Shown here: one piece after another, positions 1-9,996 of the stretch
How positions within the stretch are numbered: the first letter of the stretch is position 1
How the letters are laid out: the number at the start of each line of letters is the position of its first letter
Assembly (NCBI GenBank): GCA_020137815.1
Contig: CM035352.1
Coordinates: 3,782,001-3,846,000 of the forward strand
DNA from: Hormiphora californensis
Taxonomy: Eukaryota; Animalia; Ctenophora
Length of the DNA: 64,000 nucleotides
Direction of reading: 5' to 3'
Position numbers and translations under genes: made by a program
The notes under the pieces: model-generated
Told to the model about the DNA's origin: nothing
Seen by the model: the letters and a program-made list of their open reading frames with translations, nothing else
The model's database searches: none

Positions 1-1793
1 GAAGGAGCCGCAGATTGGTGAGAAGAGGTGGCCTCTGGCTGCTCTGCTTGCTGGAGTATCTTCTGGACAGATTCATTGGAAATTGTGTTTCGCAGAACCA
101 AAACCAGTTCAAATTCATTTATAGCTTTACTGATTTGCTTGATAGCTTTACTGATTTGAGTTCTTCCTTTGCCGACAAGAGAAAAATAACGAAGTTGCCT
201 TAGTCCATCAGGTTTGCATAGTTCAACAACACCATAGTAAAACACAACGTTATGGCCAGTAGTGCAGAAGAGAATTTCAGATGAAAAGGGATCGGAGAAA
301 CTAATTTTGATCTCAAACAGATGGTTCTCCAGACAACCTTTTACAGGGCACTTATGCAAGGATGATTCGAATGCCAAACAATATTTCCAACTCAAAGATT
401 CGATCGATTTACTCACATCCATTGACAAGCGTATTGCAACGTACTGGTCCGTTTTGCTCTTTGCTTTTCCAGTCGGAGTGTCGCCATTCATAGAATGCAG
501 AATTTTCTTCAAATCGATAGTAACGTCTGCAGGAAGAAACTCTTGTGGCAGCTGAGCAAGTATGGTAACAAACATTTGCTGTTCCGGAACAGTCTCAGTG
601 TACTCTAGCCAGTTGAAAAGGCATTCGATGAACAGAAATATAGGGTGGGGGCTTTCGAGATTGCTAACGATCACGCATCTTTTTTTCAGCTCCATGACTT
701 CATCGAAAGTCAATTTTTTTCTCCAACGTGCCTCCTTGAAGAATTTCCAAACGGTTTCTATACAATTCGAATCAAGTTTTTGTAACTCCGCCTCAAAATC
801 CAAGACATCGTCAGACGAGCCAGCGACCTCTGGCTCTGTACTTGCAGGTGATGGTGAAATACTTCCTGAAGGCTGTGTAAATGAAGGACCATCCATTGGA
901 GGTAACTCAGGTGCGGGTCGCCGGGTGACCGGAGGAGGAAAAGGGGCATGATGAGGAGACCGGGGAGGATTGAAGGTTGGAGGAGTCGGAGGAGTTGCTG
1001 GTGGGGTTACCATAGAAACACAATCCTTAGTGATCTGGATACAAAACTCCTTGACAACGGAAAAAGAACCATCCTCCAATGTCAAGAACTTTGGAAGAAA
1101 CTTCAGCTCGGTAAATCTTCGAGCTGGAACCAAGCTATTATCTCGTAAAAACCAGAGCAGTTTCCCCAAAATCAGAGGGTTATTTTCCACTGTTCTGCAG
1201 AGATCGAGAAGTTTTGTAGAGTCTTCCTTGAGGTCTGAAACGACTGGAGAACCTTGGGGAGCACTTGTTAGAACAGCAAGCAGAAGCGTATCTCTCCAAG
1301 GCGCAGGGTATTTTGAAGCGATCCTCAAAAAACTGCCAAGGAAGTTAGCCCCATTGTGAATAAATGATGAAAATCGCTCCAGGCAGAGATTACGAAGAAT
1401 CGTGATGTCATACACAGAAGCAAATCCAAAACAGAGCTCAATAATTTTCTGGGAAACCTGAAGATCCTTGCCGTGGAGAATGAGAATGGAAGTGTACACA
1501 GCTTCCTCCATGTTCTCGAGTCTCTGAAGCGACGTTTCAATCTCAATTTCATCCAAGCCAGAGAAAAGGAGTCTCTCAAGAACAGAGCTGTGAAGCGCCA
1601 AAATCAGGGAGTTCACTCGAAAGTGGGACTGTCCGACATGGAGGATAACGGAGTGGCTGAGATCGTGAGAGGTCTGGAACTTTGATAGATCTTTCTGATT
1701 AGGGATTTTTACACCAGTGGTGGTATTGTGAGAGGAAGGAGGAGGGTCATCATTGGCATTCCAGAAACTAACTGCCAATTGTAGGTCGTCCAT
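1..1793 (-). CDS. BTB/POZ-domain protein, paralog 1 (3'-partial, runs off the window; absent from ORF track)
   Basis: Manual translation from ATG at 1793 (MDDLQLAVSFWNANDDPPPS...FRVNSLILALHSSVLERLLFSG...LLDLCRTVENNPLILGKLLWFLR...CPVKGCLENHLFE) stays open to position 1 and is collinear with the three neighbouring paralogs. Confidence 0.88.
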   Translation of the reverse strand, partial: MDDLQLAVSFWNANDDPPPSSHNTTTGVKIPNQKDLSKFQTSHDLSHSVILHVGQSHFRVNSLILALHSSVLERLLFSGLDEIEIETSLQRLENMEEAVYTSILILHGKDLQVSQKIIELCFGFASVYDITILRNLCLERFSSFIHNGANFLGSFLRIASKYPAPWRDTLLLAVLTSAPQGSPVVSDLKEDSTKLLDLCRTVENNPLILGKLLWFLRDNSLVPARRFTELKFLPKFLTLEDGSFSVVKEFCIQITKDCVSMVTPPATPPTPPTFNPPRSPHHAPFPPPVTRRPAPELPPMDGPSFTQPSGSISPSPASTEPEVAGSSDDVLDFEAELQKLDSNCIETVWKFFKEARWRKKLTFDEVMELKKRCVIVSNLESPHPIFLFIECLFNWLEYTETVPEQQMFVTILAQLPQEFLPADVTIDLKKILHSMNGDTPTGKAKSKTDQYVAIRLSMDVSKSIESLSWKYCLAFESSLHKCPVKGCLENHLFEIKISFSDPFSSEILFCTTGHNVVFYYGVVELCKPDGLRQLRYFSLVGKGRTQISKAIKQISKAINEFELVLVLRNTISNESVQKILQQAEQPEATSSHQSAAP

Positions 1794-2340
1794 GGGTTAA
1801 CCACCCAGCCATACAATATATCCTGTAGGAAGATAGGAGCGATTTAATTAGTTGCCTAATGGGATTACAATTCGAAAAAATCTTTGAGAATTTAATTCGT
1901 TTTGAAATCGTGGCGTCAGATCAATGCTGTCTGCGATGAATTTGTTTAATCATTTGCTATTTGGAAACAGCCGATATAACTAAAAGCTATTCCTATGCAA
2001 AGAGGGTATCATGATTTCGCAAAAAAAACTTTGCCACATCTCAGCAAAAGTTAGCATCGTTTATAAAAACCAGCGTATAACCCGGTGGCACAATGTGAGG
2101 AATCTAGGAATGGCATTCCTTCCGGCAGATCAGCTCATTTGACCTGTATTTCGGCATAATATCAGCCGGCGACCATATTTAAATTTTAGGATAGAAACAA
2201 TCCTTATATGTTTCAGTACACATTCGTATTTTTCACAATTGTGCGAAGTTTTGGGGACATATGCCTCCATTGGGTCATTTTAAGTTCAAAATGTGGATGA
2301 GATTAGTTCTAACTTCATTGAATCTATATCTTATGTATTT

Positions 2341-4209
2341 TTAAAAAAAGCGGCAAGATAGCGGCAGATATTCCTCACATATTCTAAAGTTAAGACGGTT
2401 TTGGAAGATAAGGACCAATTTTGAAATTTTAACTTCCTTTATCTTTTCACGAATTTGTTTTCGCCCGAGGCCATGAAGTGATATCCACTTTTTAGTTGAG
2501 CCACTTCCATTTTCAGTTATGATGTAAGAGAAGACAACTGCATGACCAGGTGTTGTCCATATTGTGGCCTGGTAAGGCGCTGTAAAACCAAGTGCAGCCT
2601 CAAATGGATGCAGGTATGCACAACCTTCAATAGGACATTCAAACTCGTAGATATCGATCTCAATACACTTCTCATTCCTCAGAGAATTAAGAACATCTAC
2701 TTTGTTGAGCTTGAATTCTACTACGACGAACTCTTTGTTGTGGTTTTTTACTTTTGGATCTGTATCAATTCCAGTCAGGAAAATCAAAACCATTCGAATA
2801 TCCTCAGAAAATTTTACTGGAAGAAGAAGCTGAGGAAGACGAGAGAGAATATGTTCCCTCATCTGCATGGTAACCGGAGTTTCGGTGTGGTAGAACCAAA
2901 GGAACATGTGATCGACAAACAAAAACAAAGGAGACGGATCGTCAACAGTACTGAAAGCGACACATTTATCCTGCAAAAGAAGGACCTGCCCAAATGTTTC
3001 CAGTTTTCTCCATTGTCTCAGAAACCAGATAGCAGACTCTGCAGAGCAGATTCGGGAAATATGGTCTTCTACATGGGAAGAAACTGGACGATTGAACGGC
3101 TCTGCCCAATATTCGGGAATCCTGGCGACACTGGCCGATGAAGAAGTTCTTGAAATTCCAGGGAAATAGAAAGTCAAGTTAGAGGATGTAGAATTACCAC
3201 AGTTAGCCACCACCGAATCTTTGATAATTTTATCTTTTATGCTAGAATCCTTATCCAAATCTATGGACGATTGAGTAGACTCCACGAAGACCCCTGTCTC
3301 CGTGGAAGCAGGAACATTTTCCGAAGATGGTTCACCAACGTGGTCAGTGGCCGGAGACGGAGGCCGAGAAGGGATTTGATTTGGCGATCCGAGAGGGTCG
3401 CTGCTCGTTGTACTAGTCGATGGTGGTGTACTCACGGCAGAACAATCCTTAGTGATCTGAATACAAAACTCCTTCACAACGGAATAAGAGTCATCCGTCG
3501 ATGTCAAGAACTTTGGGAGAAAACTAAGCTCTGTAAATCGCCGAGCTGGAACGCAGTCATCATTTCGCAAAAACCAGAGTAGCTTTCCTAAGATGAGAGG
3601 GTTATTTTCCACTGTTCTGCAGAGGTCAAGAAGTTTCGTCGGGTCTTTCTTGAGGTTTGGAAGGACTGGCGAATCTTTGTGAGCAGTTGCTAACAGAGCA
3701 AGAAGAAGCGTGTCCCTCCAAGGTGCAGGGTACTTTGAAGCGATCCTTTCAAACGTTTTCCGGAAACTTTTACCATCTTTAACGAATTCAGGAAACTGCT
3801 CAAGACAAAGTGTTTGCAGGGACTGTATTTCATAGACTATAGCAAATCCGAAACAAAGCTCTAGAACATCTTGCTTAACTGAGACGTTTTTCCCGTGAAG
3901 GAATAGCAGACAGGTGTAAAATGCGTCTTTAAAATTCGGTAACTCTGCCAACGATTCATCGATTTCTAAACCATCTTGCCCAGAAAAAATTAGCCTTTCA
4001 AAAACAGGACTATGAAGAGCCAATATGACAGAGTTGACACGAAATGGAGATCCGGCAACATGGATAGTTACTGTGTGAGGAAGATCTTGAGAGGTTTGGA
4101 ATTTAGAAATATCTTTCTGCTCTGCAAGGTTTAGATCAACATTATCAGGACTGCTTCTTGTAGATTTGTTTACGCTCCAAAAGCTTACTGCTGCCTCAAG
4201 GTCATCCAT
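2341..4209 (-). CDS. BTB/POZ-domain protein, paralog 2 (622 aa, uninterrupted ORF)
   Basis: VTIHVAGSPFRVNSVILALHSPVFERLIF is a BTB N-terminal signature; helical BACK-like region; S/P/T linker; C-terminal CPIEGCAYLH motif. Confidence 0.88.
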   Translation of the reverse strand: MDDLEAAVSFWSVNKSTRSSPDNVDLNLAEQKDISKFQTSQDLPHTVTIHVAGSPFRVNSVILALHSPVFERLIFSGQDGLEIDESLAELPNFKDAFYTCLLFLHGKNVSVKQDVLELCFGFAIVYEIQSLQTLCLEQFPEFVKDGKSFRKTFERIASKYPAPWRDTLLLALLATAHKDSPVLPNLKKDPTKLLDLCRTVENNPLILGKLLWFLRNDDCVPARRFTELSFLPKFLTSTDDSYSVVKEFCIQITKDCSAVSTPPSTSTTSSDPLGSPNQIPSRPPSPATDHVGEPSSENVPASTETGVFVESTQSSIDLDKDSSIKDKIIKDSVVANCGNSTSSNLTFYFPGISRTSSSASVARIPEYWAEPFNRPVSSHVEDHISRICSAESAIWFLRQWRKLETFGQVLLLQDKCVAFSTVDDPSPLFLFVDHMFLWFYHTETPVTMQMREHILSRLPQLLLPVKFSEDIRMVLIFLTGIDTDPKVKNHNKEFVVVEFKLNKVDVLNSLRNEKCIEIDIYEFECPIEGCAYLHPFEAALGFTAPYQATIWTTPGHAVVFSYIITENGSGSTKKWISLHGLGRKQIREKIKEVKISKLVLIFQNRLNFRICEEYLPLSCRFF

Positions 4210-4569
4210 TTTGTTTTTCCACTTTGTTACCTTTAGCTTTGTCTGCTTAGCCGGAGTTGGAGTGTGTGCTGTTCAGCCAGTCATAAAGTGCTGCCTACAA
4301 GGGATAGGTGAGAGATTAGTGACTTTTAATCAGCTGATTTTGCTGTTAAAAGAGAAAATTAGTACTAGCAACCACCCTGTAGGAATTTAGGAGCTGCAAC
4401 TTATCTTTACCAAGTGACACAAAGCGAAACAGCCATTGAAAATTTAAAAAAGGTATGAAAAGTTATAAAACAGCATTGTATGCTAATTGTATAAAAATTG
4501 AAATAATCAACCAGAAACAAGCAACAACAAGTTCGCATTAAGCAAACTGCACTGATCACCTTCGAATTG

Positions 4570-7056
4570 TTATATTAAATAGTTTTTAAATATGAGAACC
4601 AATGTTGAATTTCTAACGCGGTTAATCATTTCACGAACTTCATTTCTTTCCAGTCCCTTTAGTGATACCCACTTTCTAGTAATTCCAGTTCCACTTTCAG
4701 TAAATATATACGAGAAGACAATCTCATGTCCACGGGTTGCTGTCGTTTTAATCTTGTAGGGTGCTGATAATTCAAGTGTTGCTTCAAACCGATGTGGAGA
4801 TCTACAACCTTCAATTGGACAATCAAACACATCATCTGTCACGTTAATGCAGTTCTGGTACTTTAAGGAATCAAGAGTTTTCGCTTTGGCTATGACAAAC
4901 CCCTTTGACACGAAATTGAAGTTCTTCTTTTCGACATATGGCCTGGAGAACTGCCTAGTATCAATACGTGCCAGGAAGTTCAAGACCCAGCGTAGATCTT
5001 TGGAAAAGTTGGCCGGAAGAAGTCGCTGAGGAAGGTGATGAAGAATCCGGTCCCTCTGTTCCCTGGTAACCCGAGCTTTTGTAAAGTTGCACCAAAGGAA
5101 CATGTGATCAACGAACCAGAAAAGAGGCCCCGGATCATCAACAGTACTGAAATCGACGCACTTATCAAGCAAAAGAACGAGCTGATCAAACGTTTCTAGT
5201 TTTCTCCAATGTTTCAGAAAATCAATAGCAGACTCCGCAGAACTGATTTGGGATATTTCGTCGTTTACAGTAATTGCCGGCCAATAAAATTGAGCTGAGT
5301 TGTCAGTGTCAAATGAAGAACTACTTGTAGATGAGGAACTGCTTGTAGATGAGGAAGAACTACTTGATGATGAAAGAGTTCTACTTCTATAATATGTAGA
5401 AGAAGTTGTACCGGTTGTAGGTGTAGAAGTTGTACCGGTTCTAGGTGTAGAAGTTGTACCTGTTCTAGGTGTAGAAGTTGTACCGGCTATAGGTGTAGAA
5501 GTTGTACCGGTTCTAGGTGTAGAAGTTGTACCGGTTCTAGGTGTAGAAGTTGTATCGGCTATAGGTGTAGAAGTTGTACCGGTTCTAGGTGTAGAAGTTG
5601 TACCAGTTCTAGGTGTAGAAGTTGTACCGGTTCTAGGTGTAGAAGTTGTACCGGTTCTAGGTGTAGAAGTTGTACCGGTTCTAGGTGTAGAAGTTGTACC
5701 GGTTCTAGGTGTAGAAGTTGTACCGGCTATAGGTGTAGAAGTTGTACCGGTTCTAGGTGTAGAAGTTGTACCTCTAGATGAAAGATTTCTACCTCTAGAT
5801 GAATATATCATACCTCTAGAATCGTAATTTAGCAGGTAAGAGTCAGGAGGATATATTTGGGAAACTTGACTGGTAACAGATGAGACCGAGGCTATGAATT
5901 GCTGTGTCAACCTTTCAACCAAAACCTTATTTATTCCCAAAGGTGTATGAGAAGAATCTACCATTTTATTCGTGGACGCTAGGATATTATTCGGTAACAG
6001 CTTACCAACCGGGTTTAACTTTTCCAGGGTTGGGGGAATGGTTGGAGCATGAGGGGCGCTATTATTAAGCGAATTACATGCTGGCAAAGGAAAAGGAGCT
6101 TGATGTGGAGACTGGAGCTGGAGAGGGTTACAGAATGGCAGAGTCGGAGGAGTTTCTGGTGGGGCTAAAGTATTTGCAACAGAGTTTAACTTGTGTAGGG
6201 TGGGACGGGTGTTTGGAGCACTAGGGGCGCTATCATTAAGCGAACTGGAGGTTATCGGAGTCGGAGGAGTTTCTGGTGGGGTAACCATGGCCGCACAATC
6301 CTTAGTGATCTGAATACAAAACTCCTTCACCTTAGAAACTGTATCATCTGTCGACTTCAAAAAGCTGGGAAGAAACGTTAGCTCTGTAAAGCGTTCGGCT
6401 GGAACCAAGCTATTATCTCGTAAAAACCAGAGTAGTTTCCCCAAAATCAGAGGGTTATTTTCCACCGTTCTGCAGAGATCAAGAAGTTTTGCAGGGTCTT
6501 TCTTGAGGTCTGAAAGGGCTGCAGGATGATTAGTAGAAAGAAGAGCCTCAAACAGTTTATCTCTCCATTGGGCAGGGTACTTTGAAGCAATCCTTTCAAA
6601 CGTTTGCCGGAATCCTTCACCATCTTTAACGAATTCAGGAAACTGCTCAAGACAAAGTTTTTGGAGTGACTGTATTTCATAGAACAAAGCAAACCCAAAA
6701 CAAAGTTCTAAAACATCTTGCTTAACCGACACATTTTTACCATGTAGGAAGAGCAGGCAAGTATAGAATGCGTCTTCGAAATTCGGTAACTGTGACAACG
6801 ATTCACCGATTTTTATATCATCCAGACCAGAGAAAATTAGCCTTTCGAAAACCGGACTGTGAAGGGCTAGAATTAAGGAGTTGACACGAAAACGGGATCC
6901 AGCAACATGGATAGTTACTGTGTGAGGAAGATCTTGAGAGGTCTGGAATTTAGAAATATCTTTCTGCTCTGCAAGGTTTAGATCAACTTTATCAGGACTG
7001 CTTTTTGAAGATTTGTTTACGCTCCAAAAGCTTACTGCTGCCTCAAGGTCATCCAT
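4570..7056 (-). CDS. BTB/POZ-domain protein, paralog 3 (828 aa) with expanded TGTTSTPR repeat linker
   Basis: N-terminus nearly identical to paralog 2; about 15 octapeptide repeats; C-terminal CPIEGCRSPH motif. Confidence 0.88.
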   Translation of the reverse strand: MDDLEAAVSFWSVNKSSKSSPDKVDLNLAEQKDISKFQTSQDLPHTVTIHVAGSRFRVNSLILALHSPVFERLIFSGLDDIKIGESLSQLPNFEDAFYTCLLFLHGKNVSVKQDVLELCFGFALFYEIQSLQKLCLEQFPEFVKDGEGFRQTFERIASKYPAQWRDKLFEALLSTNHPAALSDLKKDPAKLLDLCRTVENNPLILGKLLWFLRDNSLVPAERFTELTFLPSFLKSTDDTVSKVKEFCIQITKDCAAMVTPPETPPTPITSSSLNDSAPSAPNTRPTLHKLNSVANTLAPPETPPTLPFCNPLQLQSPHQAPFPLPACNSLNNSAPHAPTIPPTLEKLNPVGKLLPNNILASTNKMVDSSHTPLGINKVLVERLTQQFIASVSSVTSQVSQIYPPDSYLLNYDSRGMIYSSRGRNLSSRGTTSTPRTGTTSTPIAGTTSTPRTGTTSTPRTGTTSTPRTGTTSTPRTGTTSTPRTGTTSTPRTGTTSTPIADTTSTPRTGTTSTPRTGTTSTPIAGTTSTPRTGTTSTPRTGTTSTPTTGTTSSTYYRSRTLSSSSSSSSSTSSSSSTSSSSFDTDNSAQFYWPAITVNDEISQISSAESAIDFLKHWRKLETFDQLVLLLDKCVDFSTVDDPGPLFWFVDHMFLWCNFTKARVTREQRDRILHHLPQRLLPANFSKDLRWVLNFLARIDTRQFSRPYVEKKNFNFVSKGFVIAKAKTLDSLKYQNCINVTDDVFDCPIEGCRSPHRFEATLELSAPYKIKTTATRGHEIVFSYIFTESGTGITRKWVSLKGLERNEVREMINRVRNSTLVLIFKNYLI
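5399..5772. repeat. Coding 24-bp minisatellite, about 15 units (agaagttgtaccggttctaggtgt)
   Basis: Directly visible tandem array encoding (TGTTSTPR)n on the minus strand. Confidence 0.95.
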
Positions 7057-7384
7057 TTTGCTGCTTATTATGATTCCACTTTATCACCCTTGTCCTTTAG
7101 TTGGAGTAAGTTTAGACAGTCATAGAATCCTGCCTACAAGGGATAGATGAGAGATTAGCGACTTTTAGATTCATTTTTTAGCTCAGTAGACTGTAGAGAA
7201 ACAGCTTTAGGAAAAATAACCACAAGTATCAAAAATACATACAAGTCATTTTTTATAAAAACGCTGATTACAATACTGAACATTTAAAATAAAGATTCTT
7301 TAAAAGTTATAAACTACATTTAGCCAAAATACCGGAATACTTCTCATTTCCGTTTCAACAATCTGTAGCAATTCTGTACCCGTT

Positions 7385-9616
7385 TTAAGTCCAATAGGAA
7401 CACGAACAAATGAACCGTCTGCCCGCACGATGAATCAGATAGTAATGTCGGATATTTACAACGTGGGTGTTTCTGTTTTGAACGCTAAATGGCCCATCAA
7501 CTCCAAGTGGTGTTTCTTTATCGTCTAGTTGGATGGTGATGTAGAAGTCGTGAGTTTTCTGACACACCTCACATTTGACACTGTTCTGGATGAACGGGAG
7601 AGATCTGGATTTCTTGATGTGCTGCAAGGGGTGTTTCACTCTAGCCATTTCCACAGTGAACGTGATTTGGCTGTACAGGAGAATATTCTGTGATGACACG
7701 AAATTTTTCACACCGAATAGTTCGTCAAACACATCGTCAAGAAAGGTACACTCAAGATCGGTGTTTTGGAGGGCTTTTTGGAGACGATTCTTATCTACCT
7801 TTGCACCACCTCCATTCCATTCAATCATGGCCTCCACACACAAATATGTAGTCATGTCACCCCCACAAAACTTAATAGCAGCAGAAATCAGATGGATGAA
7901 TTGGTCAAAACTTGAGAGATCTCGGTATAACCCCCTTACTATGAAGTCCAGGACTTGTTTAGCGTTATGAAATGTAGCAACGCGGCGAGAGCCGTTGGAC
8001 TTATCAGAGATATCGCTAGGCACTGAAACTTCTTGTTTCCCCTTTGAACCTTTGTTAACTTCTTCTTTTCCCTTTGGCAGGATAAGCACAATGGCAACGC
8101 TGGTGCTCTTTTGCAGGAAGTTAGTAACCTTTTCGGCTGAAGTGCCGGCAAGTGACATCCACCTGCACTCACCATGCCTCCCCTTGCTGGTAAGGTAAAA
8201 GAAACGAACTTTATGTCCAAGCGGTCGGGTTGTTGCAATCCGGCCTTGGAAAGGATCTCTACGAAAATCTATCAGGACGCTGAAGCTATTCGGTACCATC
8301 ACAGTAAGTTTCTGATCCCGCATCAGCCTATTCTGCAATTCTGGAATTGAGTCAATGTCAAGAGACACGTATGACAACTCTTTAGAACAGTTCGATGGAA
8401 GGGGCCTGTTTGAATTCTTCCGCATCATACTGTCCAACACGTTTTCGATATCTTGGACTACCGCAGCTGGGAGGAGTTCGTGGTAGAACGACGCAAGGAA
8501 CTTGCTCCGAATCCCCTCATTCATTCTCCAAGTTGTGACTCTGCCGAACCAAATAAAAAATGAGTCAATGTAAAGGAATAGGGCGTATGGGTTATCTGGT
8601 TTACACAACTCTGACACTGCTTGGCCGTAGGCAATGTAATCGTCGATTTTCCGGATATGCTTCCACATTTGTTGCTGGAAAAATTTGACGGCATCGTAGC
8701 TGTTGGAAAACACAACAGGATTTGTTTCCCGCTCGCTGCCAGGATCGTTAAATGATGAAGATTCTTCCGATGCAATCGAGAGGGCCGGACTGGAATTGAC
8801 AGAACCAAGAGACCCTTGCTTGTGTGGAGGTCTGGATGTTCCAATTACCTCACCCTTAGCGATCTGGATGAGAAACTTCCGGACTGTATCAGCTTCCTCT
8901 CCGGTTGAACTTAGGTATTTCGATAGAAACTTCATCTGCTTGAACTGTTGGACTGTCAGGGATCGATTCTTTTGGAGAAACCACAAGAACTTTCCGAGAG
9001 GTGTTGGTCGGTTTTCTAACCTCTGACACAATTCAATCAGCTTCGGTGTCTGGTTCTTAATGTCCGCTAAAATATTATTTGCTGGTGAAGGAATCAGGAT
9101 TAGTTTCACGAGCAGCTCGTCAGACCATTTGTTGTCAATTTTCACTAAACGATAAAATGATTTGAAGAAGGAGATTCCATCGGTAATACCGCTAACAAAC
9201 TGTCCAATAGACATGTCACGTAGGGAATCGATCTCGTAACATGTAGCGAACATGAAACACAGTTCCAGAAGCTTCTGGTCAACCGTGATTTCTTTGCCGT
9301 GAAGAAAAAGAATAGCGACATAAATTGCATCCTCCATGTGACTGACAAACAGTTCCCTGGATAAAATTATCTCTGTTTCCCCTGACCAGATGAGCTTTTC
9401 AAAAACTTCGCTGTGCTGTGCCAAAACCAAAGAGTTGACGCTAAACTTGGACTCGTTTATTGTGATACAAGTAGTGTGACTGACATCTTGGCTGGTCTGA
9501 AACCGTGATAAATCCTTGGAATCTTTTAACTTCATTTTAAAACTCGACGGCGGATCTTCGAGCCCCCAGAAGTTCGCCGCAATCGATAGGTCATCCATCT
9601 GCTGATAAGGTATCAT
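7385..9616 (-). CDS. BTB/POZ-domain protein, paralog 4 (divergent, two C-terminal modules; possible terminal frameshift)
   Basis: MDDLSIAANFW...FSVNSLVLAQHSEVFEKLIWSG matches the family; second module carries CEVCQKTH; an alternative frame near 7420 extends to a stop at 7300. Confidence 0.85.
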   Translation of the reverse strand: MIPYQQMDDLSIAANFWGLEDPPSSFKMKLKDSKDLSRFQTSQDVSHTTCITINESKFSVNSLVLAQHSEVFEKLIWSGETEIILSRELFVSHMEDAIYVAILFLHGKEITVDQKLLELCFMFATCYEIDSLRDMSIGQFVSGITDGISFFKSFYRLVKIDNKWSDELLVKLILIPSPANNILADIKNQTPKLIELCQRLENRPTPLGKFLWFLQKNRSLTVQQFKQMKFLSKYLSSTGEEADTVRKFLIQIAKGEVIGTSRPPHKQGSLGSVNSSPALSIASEESSSFNDPGSERETNPVVFSNSYDAVKFFQQQMWKHIRKIDDYIAYGQAVSELCKPDNPYALFLYIDSFFIWFGRVTTWRMNEGIRSKFLASFYHELLPAAVVQDIENVLDSMMRKNSNRPLPSNCSKELSYVSLDIDSIPELQNRLMRDQKLTVMVPNSFSVLIDFRRDPFQGRIATTRPLGHKVRFFYLTSKGRHGECRWMSLAGTSAEKVTNFLQKSTSVAIVLILPKGKEEVNKGSKGKQEVSVPSDISDKSNGSRRVATFHNAKQVLDFIVRGLYRDLSSFDQFIHLISAAIKFCGGDMTTYLCVEAMIEWNGGGAKVDKNRLQKALQNTDLECTFLDDVFDELFGVKNFVSSQNILLYSQITFTVEMARVKHPLQHIKKSRSLPFIQNSVKCEVCQKTHDFYITIQLDDKETPLGVDGPFSVQNRNTHVVNIRHYYLIHRAGRRFICSCSYWT

Positions 9617-9800
9617 TAAAATTCAAAATTGTATCGTGACTCGTGAGGAACATTGGAAATATTTGGGTCTGCACCGCGTGACCAGTCATAGCGCAAGCCG
9701 CAAAACAGCCAAGATGATGTGCACAGTGCAGGTTACGAAGGCGCAATTGCTTTGTACTGGGCGGTGATTGGGCAAAACAGGTCACGCAGTTGGTCACCTG

Positions 9801-9874
9801 TTGGTGGCGCAGTCACCTCTCTACGCGGGCTTCGTTTTGGTGCGCACGAGTTGTAAGGGTGACTGCGTCACCAA
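9801..9874. mobile_element. Tiny MITE (TTGGTG...CACCAA family), same family as 35034-35143
   Basis: TIR ttggtggcgcagtcacc / ggtgactgcgtcaccaa; degenerate 9-bp flanks ggtcacctg/gcagacctg. Confidence 0.6.
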
Positions 9875-9996
9875 GCAGACCTGAATATTTCTGCAGTTCC
9901 TGATAACTCGACATATGAAGATTGAAGCATAAGGAACAGTGCAGCTGGTAAGTCAGAACAAGACAGCTCCACACGCGAAAACTTGTTTCAAGTTTT

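Noticed and set aside
562-9026. Plus-strand ORFs overlapping the BTB genes
   Set aside because: Antisense shadows of the real minus-strand genes
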